From IMG/VR virus record IMGVR_UViG_3300037991_004403, positions 1-26,725 of that record: 26,725 nt of DNA. One strand, given 5' to 3'. This stretch comes from a virus. Lineage: Duplodnaviria; Caudoviricetes. Numbering within the stretch: the first letter of the stretch is position 1; each line of letters opens with the position of its first letter. Position numbers and translations under genes: made by a program. The notes under the pieces are model-generated. The model saw nothing but the letters and a program-made list of their open reading frames with translations. It did not search any database and was not told where the DNA came from. Shown piece by piece: positions 19,934 to 26,725 of the stretch.

Positions 19934-20821
19934 CTAACGGGCTCGTCGGCGGTCGCTTGTAAAAATCCGCTTCATTTCCCGCAAAGTCATTGGTTGTTTT
20001 TTATTAGTGGCTTGACCACCAGAAGGCGCAACCGGTGCCGCAGTCTTGTCGCTTTGACGAGACGGCAGACCGGCTGCTTCATCAATTTGACTCTCAGCAG
20101 TCTCAGGCTGCTTGTCGTCTGTTGCATATCCATGCCTCTTGAGTACGCTTTGTTCCAGCTTCTGCTCGTACTCTTTGAAAACCCTTACCGCTTCATTGAT
20201 GTCGGCTGACGGGTTCTGATTCAGCACTTGCAGCACATAATTACGTGCAGATGCCTTATCATAAATGTCATCGACGTTGACCGCTGCACCAATCTTCTTT
20301 TCATACTCGGCAACAAGGCGTTGCACTTGAGCATTGCGAAACTCTTCTTGTGTTTCAGTCGATTGAGTTTTGGTCTGTCGAACTTCCTGAGCAAGTTCAA
20401 CGAGAAGCTGCGCCATCTCATCGTTGTCAGAGTCTTCTGCCAATCTCTTGACACGCTCCATCAACGGATCAGGTGCTTCCTCTTTTGGCTCTTCTACCGT
20501 CTGCGGTGTCGCTTGCTGGGCTTGCGACTCCATCAACTCCAGACGCTTTTGAAGCTGCTCGTTCATGTCTCTCAGGTGTTTCGCTTCCTCATTCTTTTCC
20601 CTGAACCTATTATAAGGAATAGGTCCGGGGTCTTCCCCTTTGGCCTCTGGGGTAGGAGCGTCTTCCGACTTGGCCGAGTCGTCAGAAACCTGAGCAGGCT
20701 CTTGAACTTCTTGAGCTTCTTGCTGCTGGGTTGGTTCCGGTGATGATGATTCTGTACTGGGAGACGAACCCGTTACGTCAATATTCGATAGAATATCATC
20801 GAGCTTTAGAGATTTTGCCAT
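19934..20821 (-). CDS. Capsid scaffolding protein
   Basis: Start moved from 20887 to ATG 20821 (MAKSLKLDD) behind AGGAG; acidic disordered N-terminus, IPYNRFREKNEE motif followed by coiled coil, basic C-terminal tip; directly upstream of the MCP. Confidence 0.8.
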   Translation of the reverse strand: MAKSLKLDDILSNIDVTGSSPSTESSSPEPTQQQEAQEVQEPAQVSDDSAKSEDAPTPEAKGEDPGPIPYNRFREKNEEAKHLRDMNEQLQKRLELMESQAQQATPQTVEEPKEEAPDPLMERVKRLAEDSDNDEMAQLLVELAQEVRQTKTQSTETQEEFRNAQVQRLVAEYEKKIGAAVNVDDIYDKASARNYVLQVLNQNPSADINEAVRVFKEYEQKLEQSVLKRHGYATDDKQPETAESQIDEAAGLPSRQSDKTAAPVAPSGGQATNKKQPMTLREMKRIFTSDRRRAR

Positions 20822-20939
20822 GATGTCGCTCCTGGCTTGGCGTAAATACACGGTGGTCGAAGGTTCACCGAGAAACCTAAAATACATGCGTATTTATGTG
20901 CATCACCTAGGTGCCGTCAAGCACTTGGTGCTGACAAAC

Positions 20940-20953
20940 TGTTGACATCAACA
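20940..20953. promoter_or_regulatory. Operator-like inverted repeat TGTTGA-CA-TCAACA covering the -35 box
   Basis: Perfect 6-bp arms with a 2-nt spacer read directly from the sequence; the operator role is inferred. Confidence 0.45.
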
Positions 20954-20970
20954 TTTCGGTATGCTACATT
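20942..20970 (+). promoter_or_regulatory. Sigma70-type promoter for the plus-strand metalloprotease gene
   Basis: TTGACA (20942-20947), 17-nt spacer ending in TGc, TACATT (20965-20970): perfect -35, extended -10; GGAGGT Shine-Dalgarno at 20995-21000 before ATG 21004. Confidence 0.75.
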
Positions 20971-21003
20971 CCTACTGGCCAAAATCACAAACATGGAGGT
21001 AAA

Positions 21004-21723
21004 ATGGCTAAAACGAGACGCAAATCTAAACGATCATGGATGCAAGAAGACAAGTATTGGGTCAGCTTCAACCATGGCGCTTATTCGGTCAGCTTCAATA
21101 TTGCTGAAACCTTTGAGCGCATGAGCAAAAGCAAGCGATGGAAACATGCCTTGATGACAGGTGTTGACGCCCACAGGCTTGAGATGGGGCACGACCCAAA
21201 GTTCCGGGTCACTATGATTCACGAGCGCAATGGTTATGCCAAGCACTGCGACAGAATTATGACACGCATCCTAAACAACACGATGGACTGTCGGGGTGTT
21301 AGGCGACACGCTACAGGCCCTGTGTATTCTGTTCACAACGGAAATGTAGGCTATGGCGGGCGCTCTTATGGTGCGTCAGTATCAATCAGCCCAGACAGCC
21401 GCTACAACAACACTCTGAAATCAGTTGCTTACAACATGACAACAATGCTGCACGAGCTTGCTCACTATGTACATCTCTGCACCGTGTATCCAAACGTAGT
21501 CAAAGGTCGGGAGCGCTGCCATGATCGAATGTTCAACGCAATCATGTGCGAAATGGCTCGCTACTTTTGGGGGTATGACCGCACACCCATGACGGCGGGT
21601 TACTCAATTGGGCGAGGGTACGCACCGACTAGACACCTAAGAAGCTGGTTGACTGACAGACTAACCAAAGAACTTGATGGCGAGGAGTACCCCCGCATCA
21701 TGGATTGGGTTGATTACGAGTGA
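21004..21723 (+). CDS. HExxH zinc metalloprotease, SprT-like (moron-like accessory gene)
   Basis: Plus-strand ATG GCT AAA ACG AGA at 21004 gives MAKTR..., with TGA at 21721-21723, so the ORF track strand label (-) is wrong. Motif TTMLHELAHYVH followed about 18 aa later by HDRMF, as in SprT/WLM-type zincins. Confidence 0.8.
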   Translation: MAKTRRKSKRSWMQEDKYWVSFNHGAYSVSFNIAETFERMSKSKRWKHALMTGVDAHRLEMGHDPKFRVTMIHERNGYAKHCDRIMTRILNNTMDCRGVRRHATGPVYSVHNGNVGYGGRSYGASVSISPDSRYNNTLKSVAYNMTTMLHELAHYVHLCTVYPNVVKGRERCHDRMFNAIMCEMARYFWGYDRTPMTAGYSIGRGYAPTRHLRSWLTDRLTKELDGEEYPRIMDWVDYE

Positions 21724-21724
21724 G

Positions 21725-23413
21725 TTAGTCCAGTCCATCGTTGAACAGCCAGCCACGGGGCTCGTCGTACTTCCGTGCGTTGGCTAGTTCATCGAGTGCT
21801 TCCCCCGTAAATGCGTCCATGCCTGTGGTTCTTTCAAAGGCTACAACATCGGTCGCATTGCGGGGGGAGAAGTTTTTAAGCACCTCTTCACGCACGACCT
21901 GCACTTGGTCTAACCCCTCAAGGCACAAAGCTGCCGCAAAAATCATGTCATCATGGCACCCAGGCGACGCATAGGGCTCACCCTTTTCGTTGTAAACAAA
22001 GCTGCCTATCTCGTTGACCAGAACTTGTGGCACCTCAACAACTGCATCAGTAGCAATGTACTTGCGCAATCGGTTGAGCAGAATGGCACGGTTGGCTTTG
22101 CTTGTATAAAAGCCGAGCTTCTCCACATACTTTGCAGCCATTTTATCGTACACGAACCGGCGGTACAACTTTGGATACTGATCAAGCGAAAGCTCCTCTT
22201 GCACTGCTGCGCCAACATGGTTGACCTCACACACAATCAGAGCGTCATTATACTTGCGCCCCATCTGCTGCACCGTCTGGGCAAAGGTATGAACCGGCAC
22301 CCTGCCGTAGAACCACGCCACAGGTTTGATTCTCAGCTTGTTGGTCACGTCCATGACCATGGCAGCACTGAAGTCACCATTGACTGAGCCGGTGGCTGCA
22401 TCAACACCGACAATGTACACATGCCCAGGGGCTGGTTTATGTATCTGATCGTGTACTTTGGTCACTTCCTCGGGCAACCAGTCGCCCTCAAAGTACATAT
22501 CACCCGAGTGCAGGAAAGCCTCTTGAGCGCTGGCGGGGTATTCTTGACTGAATCGCTTCCAATCGTCGTCGCATTTTTGACTCAGTGCCCATTTCATCCA
22601 CTTGGTCTGGGCAGGGGTCAGCTTATGTTGCGTGACATACTCTCGCTCTTCGGGCTCTAATGGCCGGTTGATGATGTTCATAATCTCATCATCGAACTGA
22701 ATCGGCACGCCTTCGTAATCAGTAAGGCCGTCTTCTGTTTCGATAAGCTGATACTCGTGTAACGCCATCCAAGGCAGGAAGACCTTCTTGTATCCGTTCT
22801 TACTGGTCCACCAACTGTAAAAGTGGTTGAAACTGTTGGCTGTTGTCTCAACAAATGCAGCACCACGGTCAGTAAGAGACTGCATTGCCGCCGTAAACAC
22901 CAGTTCAGCCTTGTCCCAGAACGCCATTTCACTGCAATGCAGGTAATGAACGGTGGTTCCACGCAATTTGTCGGGGCTATTTGCGGTTGCGATGCGCACA
23001 TATCCCGTGTGCTTCTTGAATACTAACTCTGTCTTAGTCGAGTGGCGCAGCGGAAAGTGTTCTTTCATCCAGTCGGGCATACACTCGTAAAAATTTTTGT
23101 AGATACTGAAGATTCTTGCGGCGGCCTCAGTCTCGTGGGCTAAAACAACTGCTCGCTCGTTGGGATTGAACAGCACTTTCCAAAAAAAGAACCCAGCAAT
23201 CCATGTTGAAATACCCTCTTGGCGTGCCTTTAGGCAGCCCACGCGCTTGCGCCCTTTACTTACTACATCCCACACCTGCGACTGTGGCTCATTCCAAACA
23301 AACGGTATCAATCGCCCCTTTTTGTCCACAATTTTGAGCACATCCTCGCTAAAGAACTTGTAGTTTTGGGCGCACTCGTCGAGGTAGGCTTGTTTGGCCG
23401 GGCTGATTCCCAT
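21725..23413 (-). CDS. terL: Terminase large subunit
   Basis: Walker A LKARQEGIST, Walker B variant YLHCSEMAFW, coupling motif VETTAN, RNase H-like nuclease YIVGVDAATG..GDFS, CEVNHVG and GCHDDMIFA. Confidence 0.95.
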   Translation of the reverse strand: MGISPAKQAYLDECAQNYKFFSEDVLKIVDKKGRLIPFVWNEPQSQVWDVVSKGRKRVGCLKARQEGISTWIAGFFFWKVLFNPNERAVVLAHETEAAARIFSIYKNFYECMPDWMKEHFPLRHSTKTELVFKKHTGYVRIATANSPDKLRGTTVHYLHCSEMAFWDKAELVFTAAMQSLTDRGAAFVETTANSFNHFYSWWTSKNGYKKVFLPWMALHEYQLIETEDGLTDYEGVPIQFDDEIMNIINRPLEPEEREYVTQHKLTPAQTKWMKWALSQKCDDDWKRFSQEYPASAQEAFLHSGDMYFEGDWLPEEVTKVHDQIHKPAPGHVYIVGVDAATGSVNGDFSAAMVMDVTNKLRIKPVAWFYGRVPVHTFAQTVQQMGRKYNDALIVCEVNHVGAAVQEELSLDQYPKLYRRFVYDKMAAKYVEKLGFYTSKANRAILLNRLRKYIATDAVVEVPQVLVNEIGSFVYNEKGEPYASPGCHDDMIFAAALCLEGLDQVQVVREEVLKNFSPRNATDVVAFERTTGMDAFTGEALDELANARKYDEPRGWLFNDGLD

Positions 23414-23416
23414 AGA

Positions 23417-23860
23417 TTACGCTTTCTTTTTGCGTTTGGTGGTGCGCTTTTTGCGCTTGGTCGTCTTCTTTTTCAGTGACGTACCTTTTGCTAGGCCGTG
23501 CTTTGCGTACTGCTTACCGGCACGCGTTGCTGCGGCTTTCTTGCGCTCTGCTGCCGCTAGTTTCTTGCGACCTGCGGCCGTTGACTTGAGCTTTGCCCGC
23601 TTGGCTTTGGGCAGATAGACCCCTTTGCCGCCTTTGCCTGGCGTATCTTTCTTTGAGTAGCCCCAGTCTTGTTTGGTCCACTTCTTTAGGCTGTTTGTCT
23701 TTGCACTGGGCTTTTTGCCGACGTATTTGCCGCCCATTTTCTTATAAAGTTGCGTAGCCAACTGCATGGCACGGGCACTGTGCTTGCCGCCCATCTTTGC
23801 TTTGGCTTGTCGCTTGGCCTTTTCCCAGAGTTTTGGGTTTGCTTTCTTAGCGGTTGCCAT
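23417..23860 (-). CDS. Highly basic protein, DUF5872-like (from memory), putative nucleic-acid-binding
   Basis: About one third K/R with only four acidic residues; motifs PKLWEK, HSARAMQLA.QLYKK.GG.Y, SLKKWTKQDW, YLPKA. Confidence 0.65.
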   Translation of the reverse strand: MATAKKANPKLWEKAKRQAKAKMGGKHSARAMQLATQLYKKMGGKYVGKKPSAKTNSLKKWTKQDWGYSKKDTPGKGGKGVYLPKAKRAKLKSTAAGRKKLAAAERKKAAATRAGKQYAKHGLAKGTSLKKKTTKRKKRTTKRKKKA

Positions 23861-24213
23861 CAGACTTCTTTGCCAATGACTGCGCTAATCTTTGCGTAGT
23901 GACTTCGCATTTCGCCGAGCCCTTCTTTGATTAGAGACTCAGTATCTTGTAGTTCTTTGTCAATCGAGTCCAGGCGAGTCACCCATTGCAGCCGTTCGTC
24001 ATCATATTTTTTGACGACCTCCATAAAGCGATCCCGCACTTCCGCCTCTCGCCGGTTGCAGTCTTCCATCTGCTCACGAAGCTGCACTTGAAAGCTGTCA
24101 GTCAAGTCATCCATACGTTTAGCCATCTTCAAATACAGCCAAAAGATTGCACCAGAAGCCAACCCGAGGGCTCCAAAGTCTGCAAGCATCTGTAGAATCT
24201 GATTGGAGTCCAT
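23860..24213 (-). CDS. Putative holin-like membrane protein (single N-terminal TM + coiled coil)
   Basis: LADFGALGLASGAIFWLYLKM hydrophobic helix followed by a charged coiled coil, similar in layout to BhlA/UviB-type holins; coupled to both neighbours. Confidence 0.5.
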   Translation of the reverse strand: MDSNQILQMLADFGALGLASGAIFWLYLKMAKRMDDLTDSFQVQLREQMEDCNRREAEVRDRFMEVVKKYDDERLQWVTRLDSIDKELQDTESLIKEGLGEMRSHYAKISAVIGKEV

Positions 24214-24413
24214 TATTTCGCCATAAAACTAACAAGCAGCGCAGTGACAATCGGAGTAGCCAGCCCGACAAGCGTGGTCAGCCGCACAACAGAGTCACTG
24301 ATGCGCTTCATATCCTCATCAAGAGTGTCAATATCCTTAAATAACACCTTGATTTGCGTGTCGTGCCCGTCAATCCGGGCTTCATTCTTTGCGACTTTAG
24401 CTTCGATCACCAT
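24213..24413 (-). CDS. Small coiled-coil protein with C-terminal TM helix (XhlA/hemolysin-like layout)
   Basis: EARIDGHDTQIKVLFKDIDTL coiled coil, then LTTLVGLATPIVTALLVSFM; overlaps both neighbours. Confidence 0.55.
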   Translation of the reverse strand: MVIEAKVAKNEARIDGHDTQIKVLFKDIDTLDEDMKRISDSVVRLTTLVGLATPIVTALLVSFMAK

Positions 24414-24685
24414 TTTGTTTTATTAGCCCAATAAGCTGCGGACATTTTGCCCTTTGCAATATTTTTTCTGTGCCTTGCTTTGAAACTAGCCCGTTTCTTT
24501 TTCATCTTATCCGACTCACCTTTCTTAGGTTTGCCGGCTGTCTTAGCTCCTTGCTGACCAAAGCGGATCATCTTCACCTTGTCACCAGACTTAGCCAGGA
24601 CAACGTGCGATTTCTTAGGGTGTTTCGGTGTGCGCTTGGGCTTGTTGTACCCAGAGAATGTTACACCTCGATACTTTATTGCCAT
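24407..24685 (-). CDS. Small basic phage protein (IRFGQQG ... RASFKARH ... SAAYWANKTKW family)
   Basis: 92 aa, Lys-rich; motif set I recognise from uncultured aquatic phages; TGATG coupling; function unknown. Confidence 0.7.
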   Translation of the reverse strand: MAIKYRGVTFSGYNKPKRTPKHPKKSHVVLAKSGDKVKMIRFGQQGAKTAGKPKKGESDKMKKKRASFKARHRKNIAKGKMSAAYWANKTKW

Positions 24686-24945
24686 CAGCCTGCGCCCTTA
24701 GTCTTCAAAAGCATCAGCCTGTTTTCAAGCTCTGCATCGACGCCGCTTTCGGCGTCATCCCTAAGCATGGGCTCCAAACTGTTGATTGCTTTGAGTGCCA
24801 CCTCTAACGACTTAGGATTAGCATCACCCTCAATGGCTTGGTTGATAACTTCCAACTTCATTCGCTTGATGTCGGTCATGTCCAGGCGGTTAGGGTCCAG
24901 CCCTTCAATGGCTGCCAATATACCACGCAACTCGTTGTCACTCAT
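24685..24945 (-). CDS. Hypothetical helical protein (86 aa), weak terminase small subunit candidate
   Basis: AGGGGG RBS, coupled at both ends, all-helical amphipathic pattern; the TerS role is inferred from position only. Confidence 0.55.
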   Translation of the reverse strand: MSDNELRGILAAIEGLDPNRLDMTDIKRMKLEVINQAIEGDANPKSLEVALKAINSLEPMLRDDAESGVDAELENRLMLLKTKGAG

Positions 24946-25057
24946 CGGTGCCCCCTTCTAAAGGCTCACCTGGCTCCCCACACTCAGGGCAGTTCAACGC
25001 ACCCTTCCAAATATGAGGACAGGCGCAACACGCTCGATCAACTGATGTCTCGTTCAT
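24938..25057 (-). CDS. 39-aa zinc-ribbon microprotein (MNETSVDRACCACPHIWKGALNCPECGEPGEPLEGGTDE)
   Basis: Translated by hand, absent from the ORF track; ATGA overlap with the upstream stop at 25054, ends 8 nt inside the next gene; CxxC-x9-CPEC. Confidence 0.65.
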   Translation of the reverse strand: MNETSVDRACCACPHIWKGALNCPECGEPGEPLEGGTDE

Positions 25058-25611
25058 TTCATCCACTCCTTGAGGTGCTTGACTAATGCGCCCACCGTCG
25101 CAGACGCCTTCACACGGTTGCCCTCATACTCCAGTTTGGCCAAATCATTCAAGCTAATCACATCCAGTAGGTAAGCCGCCTCACAAACTGAGGTCATCCT
25201 TACAATCTCTGCAATGCACTCTTTGACCCACAAACCGCTGTCTGGGTACACACTAAAATGACCCTGATGCGGATTGCCCCGAGCTTGCGCCATCCTGTTC
25301 ATCAACAGGTCAACCTCTGGCAACATCTTCTCGCGTGCGCGTTGCTTTAGCTCGTACTGCTGGAAAGCCTTGAGTACTCTGCGCCAACTCTCAGGGGCAA
25401 GAGGATCAGTGCCCAAAAGAGAAAGACCATAAGCACAAAGCCAACTTCGGAGCGAAAGAACTTGTTCAGCACCGTACCCAAATATTCTGCCATCATCTTC
25501 TGTCTGCTCCCAAAACCTAAGCATCGACCCCAGGCACACCTCATGCACACAGGGACCACACACATCATAAAGAAAATGCTCACGCCCATGCACTGCACAA
25601 GGCTCAGTCAA
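25054..25611 (-). CDS. Hypothetical protein (about 185 aa) with N-terminal Cys/His cluster
   Basis: Start probably TTG at 25611 overlapping the upstream TGA (TTGA) rather than 25686; CAVH-x9-CGPC-x4-C cluster. Confidence 0.6.
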   Translation of the reverse strand: MTEPCAVHGREHFLYDVCGPCVHEVCLGSMLRFWEQTEDDGRIFGYGAEQVLSLRSWLCAYGLSLLGTDPLAPESWRRVLKAFQQYELKQRAREKMLPEVDLLMNRMAQARGNPHQGHFSVYPDSGLWVKECIAEIVRMTSVCEAAYLLDVISLNDLAKLEYEGNRVKASATVGALVKHLKEWMK

Positions 25612-25805
25612 ACCCCCCGCTTCGGAGGGCTGACCAACCTGTCCATCTGCTCGATCGTAAGAATCTCTGCCAAACAATACTGACACCTCTTCAGGCGAAC
25701 CCTATCATAAGAACCTACCTTAGCCCTAGTCTTAGGTAAGTCCATACCTTGATCCGTGGCAACACACTCTAAAGTACCCACATCACACACTGGACAGAAC
25801 AACAT
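25608..25805 (-). CDS. Small C4 zinc-ribbon protein resembling the NrdR N-terminal / Ogr-Delta-type domain
   Basis: MxxCPVC ... RVRLKRCQYC-x5-TIE parallels the NrdR pattern MxCPxC ... RRRRxCxxC-x3-FTTxE; no ATP-cone domain. Confidence 0.6.
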   Translation of the reverse strand: MLFCPVCDVGTLECVATDQGMDLPKTRAKVGSYDRVRLKRCQYCLAEILTIEQMDRLVSPPKRGV

Positions 25806-26040
25806 AAAAAAACCTTTTTAGGGGGTCACCTCAGACTGTCAGTATGGCAGTCCCAACCACAAACCTGTAAACCTCTCTGAAACCAAAGGATTTTTCACCT
25901 GCTTGACAAGCGTTTTTGTCCTCGCGTACAAGCGCATGGTAAGTCGATAGAATCCTCAGCACTAAGGCTTGCCTACCCCAACAGTTATCCAAAGGCCAGG
26001 AAAGCCCATTAGAAAAGGGTTTTTTGCTAAGGGGATAACC

Positions 26041-26193
26041 ATGCCAAAGCAATTCGCAAGACTCCAGTTGCCAGGGGAACCCATACACCTAGCAGTGCCT
26101 ATAGGACAAGATGGCAAGCTCAGCAGCCAACTGGTCATGATCCTAGGCAACAGAGCTTTCATCTGCTGGATCAGGTTCAAACAGGAAGCCTAG
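26041..26193 (+). CDS. Possible 50-aa hypothetical protein (MPKQFARLQL...)
   Basis: ATG at 26041 preceded by AAGGGGA; TTGACA at 25903-25908 upstream; no recognisable motif. Confidence 0.3.
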   Translation: MPKQFARLQLPGEPIHLAVPIGQDGKLSSQLVMILGNRAFICWIRFKQEA

Positions 26194-26199
26194 GGTTTT

Positions 26200-26725
26200 T
26201 GAGAGTCACGCGATTGTGAGGGGCACATACGGCACGGCACACCCGCCAGCACAGCGACACCACCCCCCCTGCAATTTCAACCACTTAGGCACAGCCGAGC
26301 CCCCTTCGGACCCCTGAGCGCTCCGGATCGACCTCAAAAGCAAGGCACCCCAAAAGCCCCCGATTGACCACCCCAAAGCCGCCAGAAAAGCCCGAGCGAA
26401 AGGTGCCCCAAAACCACCCCGGATTGCCCCCGGATTCCACCCCGTTTGAGGGGGTCCAAGTGCCCCCGTGTGAACCTTGGGCGGCGGGGTCCGAGGAGGG
26501 GTCCGGATCATGGGCGGACCACCCCCCCGATCCATCCTCTAAAACCTACCCCTCAAACCCTACCAAATCACCCCCCAGCTTGCGGCTTGATTTCCTTACG
26601 TGAGAGACCACCCCCAACCCCCGGTCTTTGGTCAGGCAAAACGACCCCCATGAGACCCCCTGAGCGCACCCCCTGACCCGATGCCGTCGGACCCCCTAGC
26701 CACCCTACCAGCAAAAACCCCCTCA
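26200..26725. repeat. C-rich low-complexity region with iterated ACCCCC(T/A) and GGGGTCC/GGACCCC motifs, probably non-coding
   Basis: Many C4-C7 runs on the plus strand; ACCCCC at 26644, 26655, 26668, 26691 and 26717; ORFs here are Pro/Gly-rich low-complexity translations. Confidence 0.6.

Noticed and set aside
21004-21723. Minus-strand label for the 239-aa ORF in the supplied track
   Set aside because: The given protein translates directly from the plus strand (ATG at 21004, TGA at 21721), so the label is wrong
22915-22950. Terminase Walker B reading LHCSE instead of hhhhDE as a sign of inactivation
   Set aside because: The catalytic Glu is retained, the H-x-SE variant is common in this terminase group, and all other motifs are intact
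26206-26676. ORFs 26206..26535 (-), 26364..26603 (+) and 26446..26676 (+)
   Set aside because: Pro/Gly-rich translations expected from C/G runs; no RBS or recognisable features
1-26725. Stop-codon reassignment, inteins/introns, CRISPR array, DGR, integrase or transposase
   Set aside because: Genes are intact and contiguous in the standard code using all three stops; no regular repeat-spacer pattern, reverse transcriptase, splice motifs or recombinase motifs were seen by eye

Overview
Virion-morphogenesis (late) region of a tailed dsDNA bacteriophage with short-tailed, P22/podovirus-like architecture, almost entirely on the minus strand and tightly packed with many stop/start overlaps. In transcription order (right to left): a C-rich, probably non-coding right end; three small Cys-rich (zinc-binding) ORFs; a small helical protein; two very basic proteins interleaved with two small membrane proteins (holin-like); terminase large subunit; scaffold; major capsid protein; a 55-aa ORF; portal; head-tail adaptor; beta-propeller tail nozzle; three putative tail proteins; four putative ejection/internal virion proteins (up to 2090 aa); a peptidase M15 cell-wall hydrolase; a LamG-like protein; and the start of one more gene. 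The one clear exception is an HExxH zinc-metalloprotease (SprT-like) gene at 21004..21723. It lies on the PLUS strand, although the supplied ORF track labels it minus. It has its own near-consensus sigma70 promoter overlapped by a palindrome and runs head-on into terL with a 1-bp gap. The portal gene lies downstream of the capsid gene rather than next to terL. No tRNA, rRNA, CRISPR array, integrase or transposase was seen. All family assignments come from motif recognition and gene context, not from database searches.
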